Shown here: piece after piece, positions 63,005-64,000 of the stretch
How the letters are laid out: each line of letters begins with the position of its first letter
Position numbering within the stretch: the stretch's first letter is position 1
Source: Balanoglossus misakiensis
Taxonomy: Eukaryota > Animalia > Hemichordata
NCBI GenBank assembly: GCA_040954595.2
Contig: CM082580.2
Span: 5,771,419-5,835,418, forward strand
DNA: 64,000 nt
Direction of reading: 5' to 3'
Position numbers and translations under genes: made by a program
Notes under the pieces: model-generated
Told to the model about the DNA's origin: nothing
The model's input: the letters and a program-made list of their open reading frames with translations, nothing else
Databases searched by the model: none

Positions 63005-64000
63005 CGAAATTTTGAAACTTCGCAAAGTCGAAAAATTGTCATTTTTGGATGATTTTCATGGCTATAACCGATGATTTTTGTCAAAAAATGAAGAAATTTT
63101 GATCTCTCGCAAAGTCCAAAAATTGTCATTTTCGGATGATTTTCATGAGCTATAACCCATGATTTTTGTCAAAAAATGAAGAAATTTTGATCTCTCGCAA
63201 AGTCGAAAAATTGTCATTTTTGGATGATTTTCATGGGCTATAACCCATGATTTCTGTCAAAAAATGAAGAAATTTTGATCTCTCGCAAAGTCGAAAAATT
63301 GTCATTTTTGGATGATTTTCATGGGCTATAACACATGATTTTTGTCAAAAAATGAAGAAATTTTGATCTCTCGCAAAGTCCAAAAATTGTCATTTTTGGA
63401 TGATTTTCATGGGCTATAACCCATGATTTTTGTCAAAAAATGAAGAAATTTTGATCTCTCGCAAAGTCGAAAAATTGTCATTTTCGGATGATTTTCATGG
63501 GCTATAACCCATGATTTTGTCAAAAAATGAAGAAATTTTGATTCTCGCAAAGTCGAAAAATTGTCATTTTCGGATGATTTTCATGGGCTATAACCCATGA
63601 TTTTTGTCAAAAAATGAAGAAATTTTGATCTCTCGCAAAGTCGAAAAATTATCATTTTCGGATGATTTTCATGGGCTATAACCCATGATTTTTGTCAAAA
63701 AATGAAGAAATTTTGATCTCTCGCAAAGTCGAAAAATTGTCATTTTGGATGATTTTCATGGGCTATAACCCATGATTTTTGTCAAAAATTGAAGAAATTT
63801 TGATCTCTCGCAAAGTCGAAAAATTGTCATTTTTGGATGATTTTCATGGGCTATAACCCATGATTTTTGTCAAAAATTGAAGAAATTTTGATCTCACGCA
63901 AAGTCGAAAAATTGTCATTTTTGGATGATTTTCATGGGCTATAACCCATGATTTTTGTCAAAAAATGAAGAAATTTTGATCGCTCGCAAAGTCGAAAAAT
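63005..64000. repeat. ~88-bp tandem satellite, about 11 copies, continuing beyond the window
   Basis: Unit AAAATTGTCATTTTTGGATGATTTTCATGGGCTATAACCCATGATTTTTGTCAAAAAATGAAGAAATTTTGATCTCTCGCAAAGTCGA; the GCTATAAC marker recurs at 63061, 63149, 63237 and 63324 onward. Confidence 0.96.

Noticed and set aside
62416-63129. 237-aa HTYI/QTDR-repeat ORF and its overlapping ORFs
   Set aside because: These are microsatellite translation artefacts.

Overview
Intron-rich, AT-rich animal genomic DNA, probably from a marine invertebrate deuterostome (inferred from gene content and repeat style only). From left to right: (1) an intronless-CDS 248-aa membrane protein on the minus strand whose motif pattern matches the SLATT two-TM effector fold known mainly from prokaryotic nucleotide-signalling defence systems, here with a spliced 5' UTR and an extra C-terminal TM helix; (2) a recent ~4-kb tandem triplication of a secreted collagen-C1q gene whose globular-head loops are hypervariable while the rest is nearly identical, with one copy carrying a Harbinger MITE and another using a different start codon; (3) an 8-exon PSME3/PA28-gamma gene (minus strand), head-to-head with (4) a chondroitin GalNAc-transferase/CHSY-like glycosyltransferase; (5) a gene-poor interval with MITEs and possible decayed ORFs; (6) three diverged OST-alpha (SLC51A-like) paralogues sharing one 7-exon structure; (7) Kolobok-, piggyBac-, Harbinger- and Mutator-like MITEs, microsatellites and an 88-bp satellite running off the right end. 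Exon models were built by eye from GT/AG sites and frame continuity; no database searches were run.
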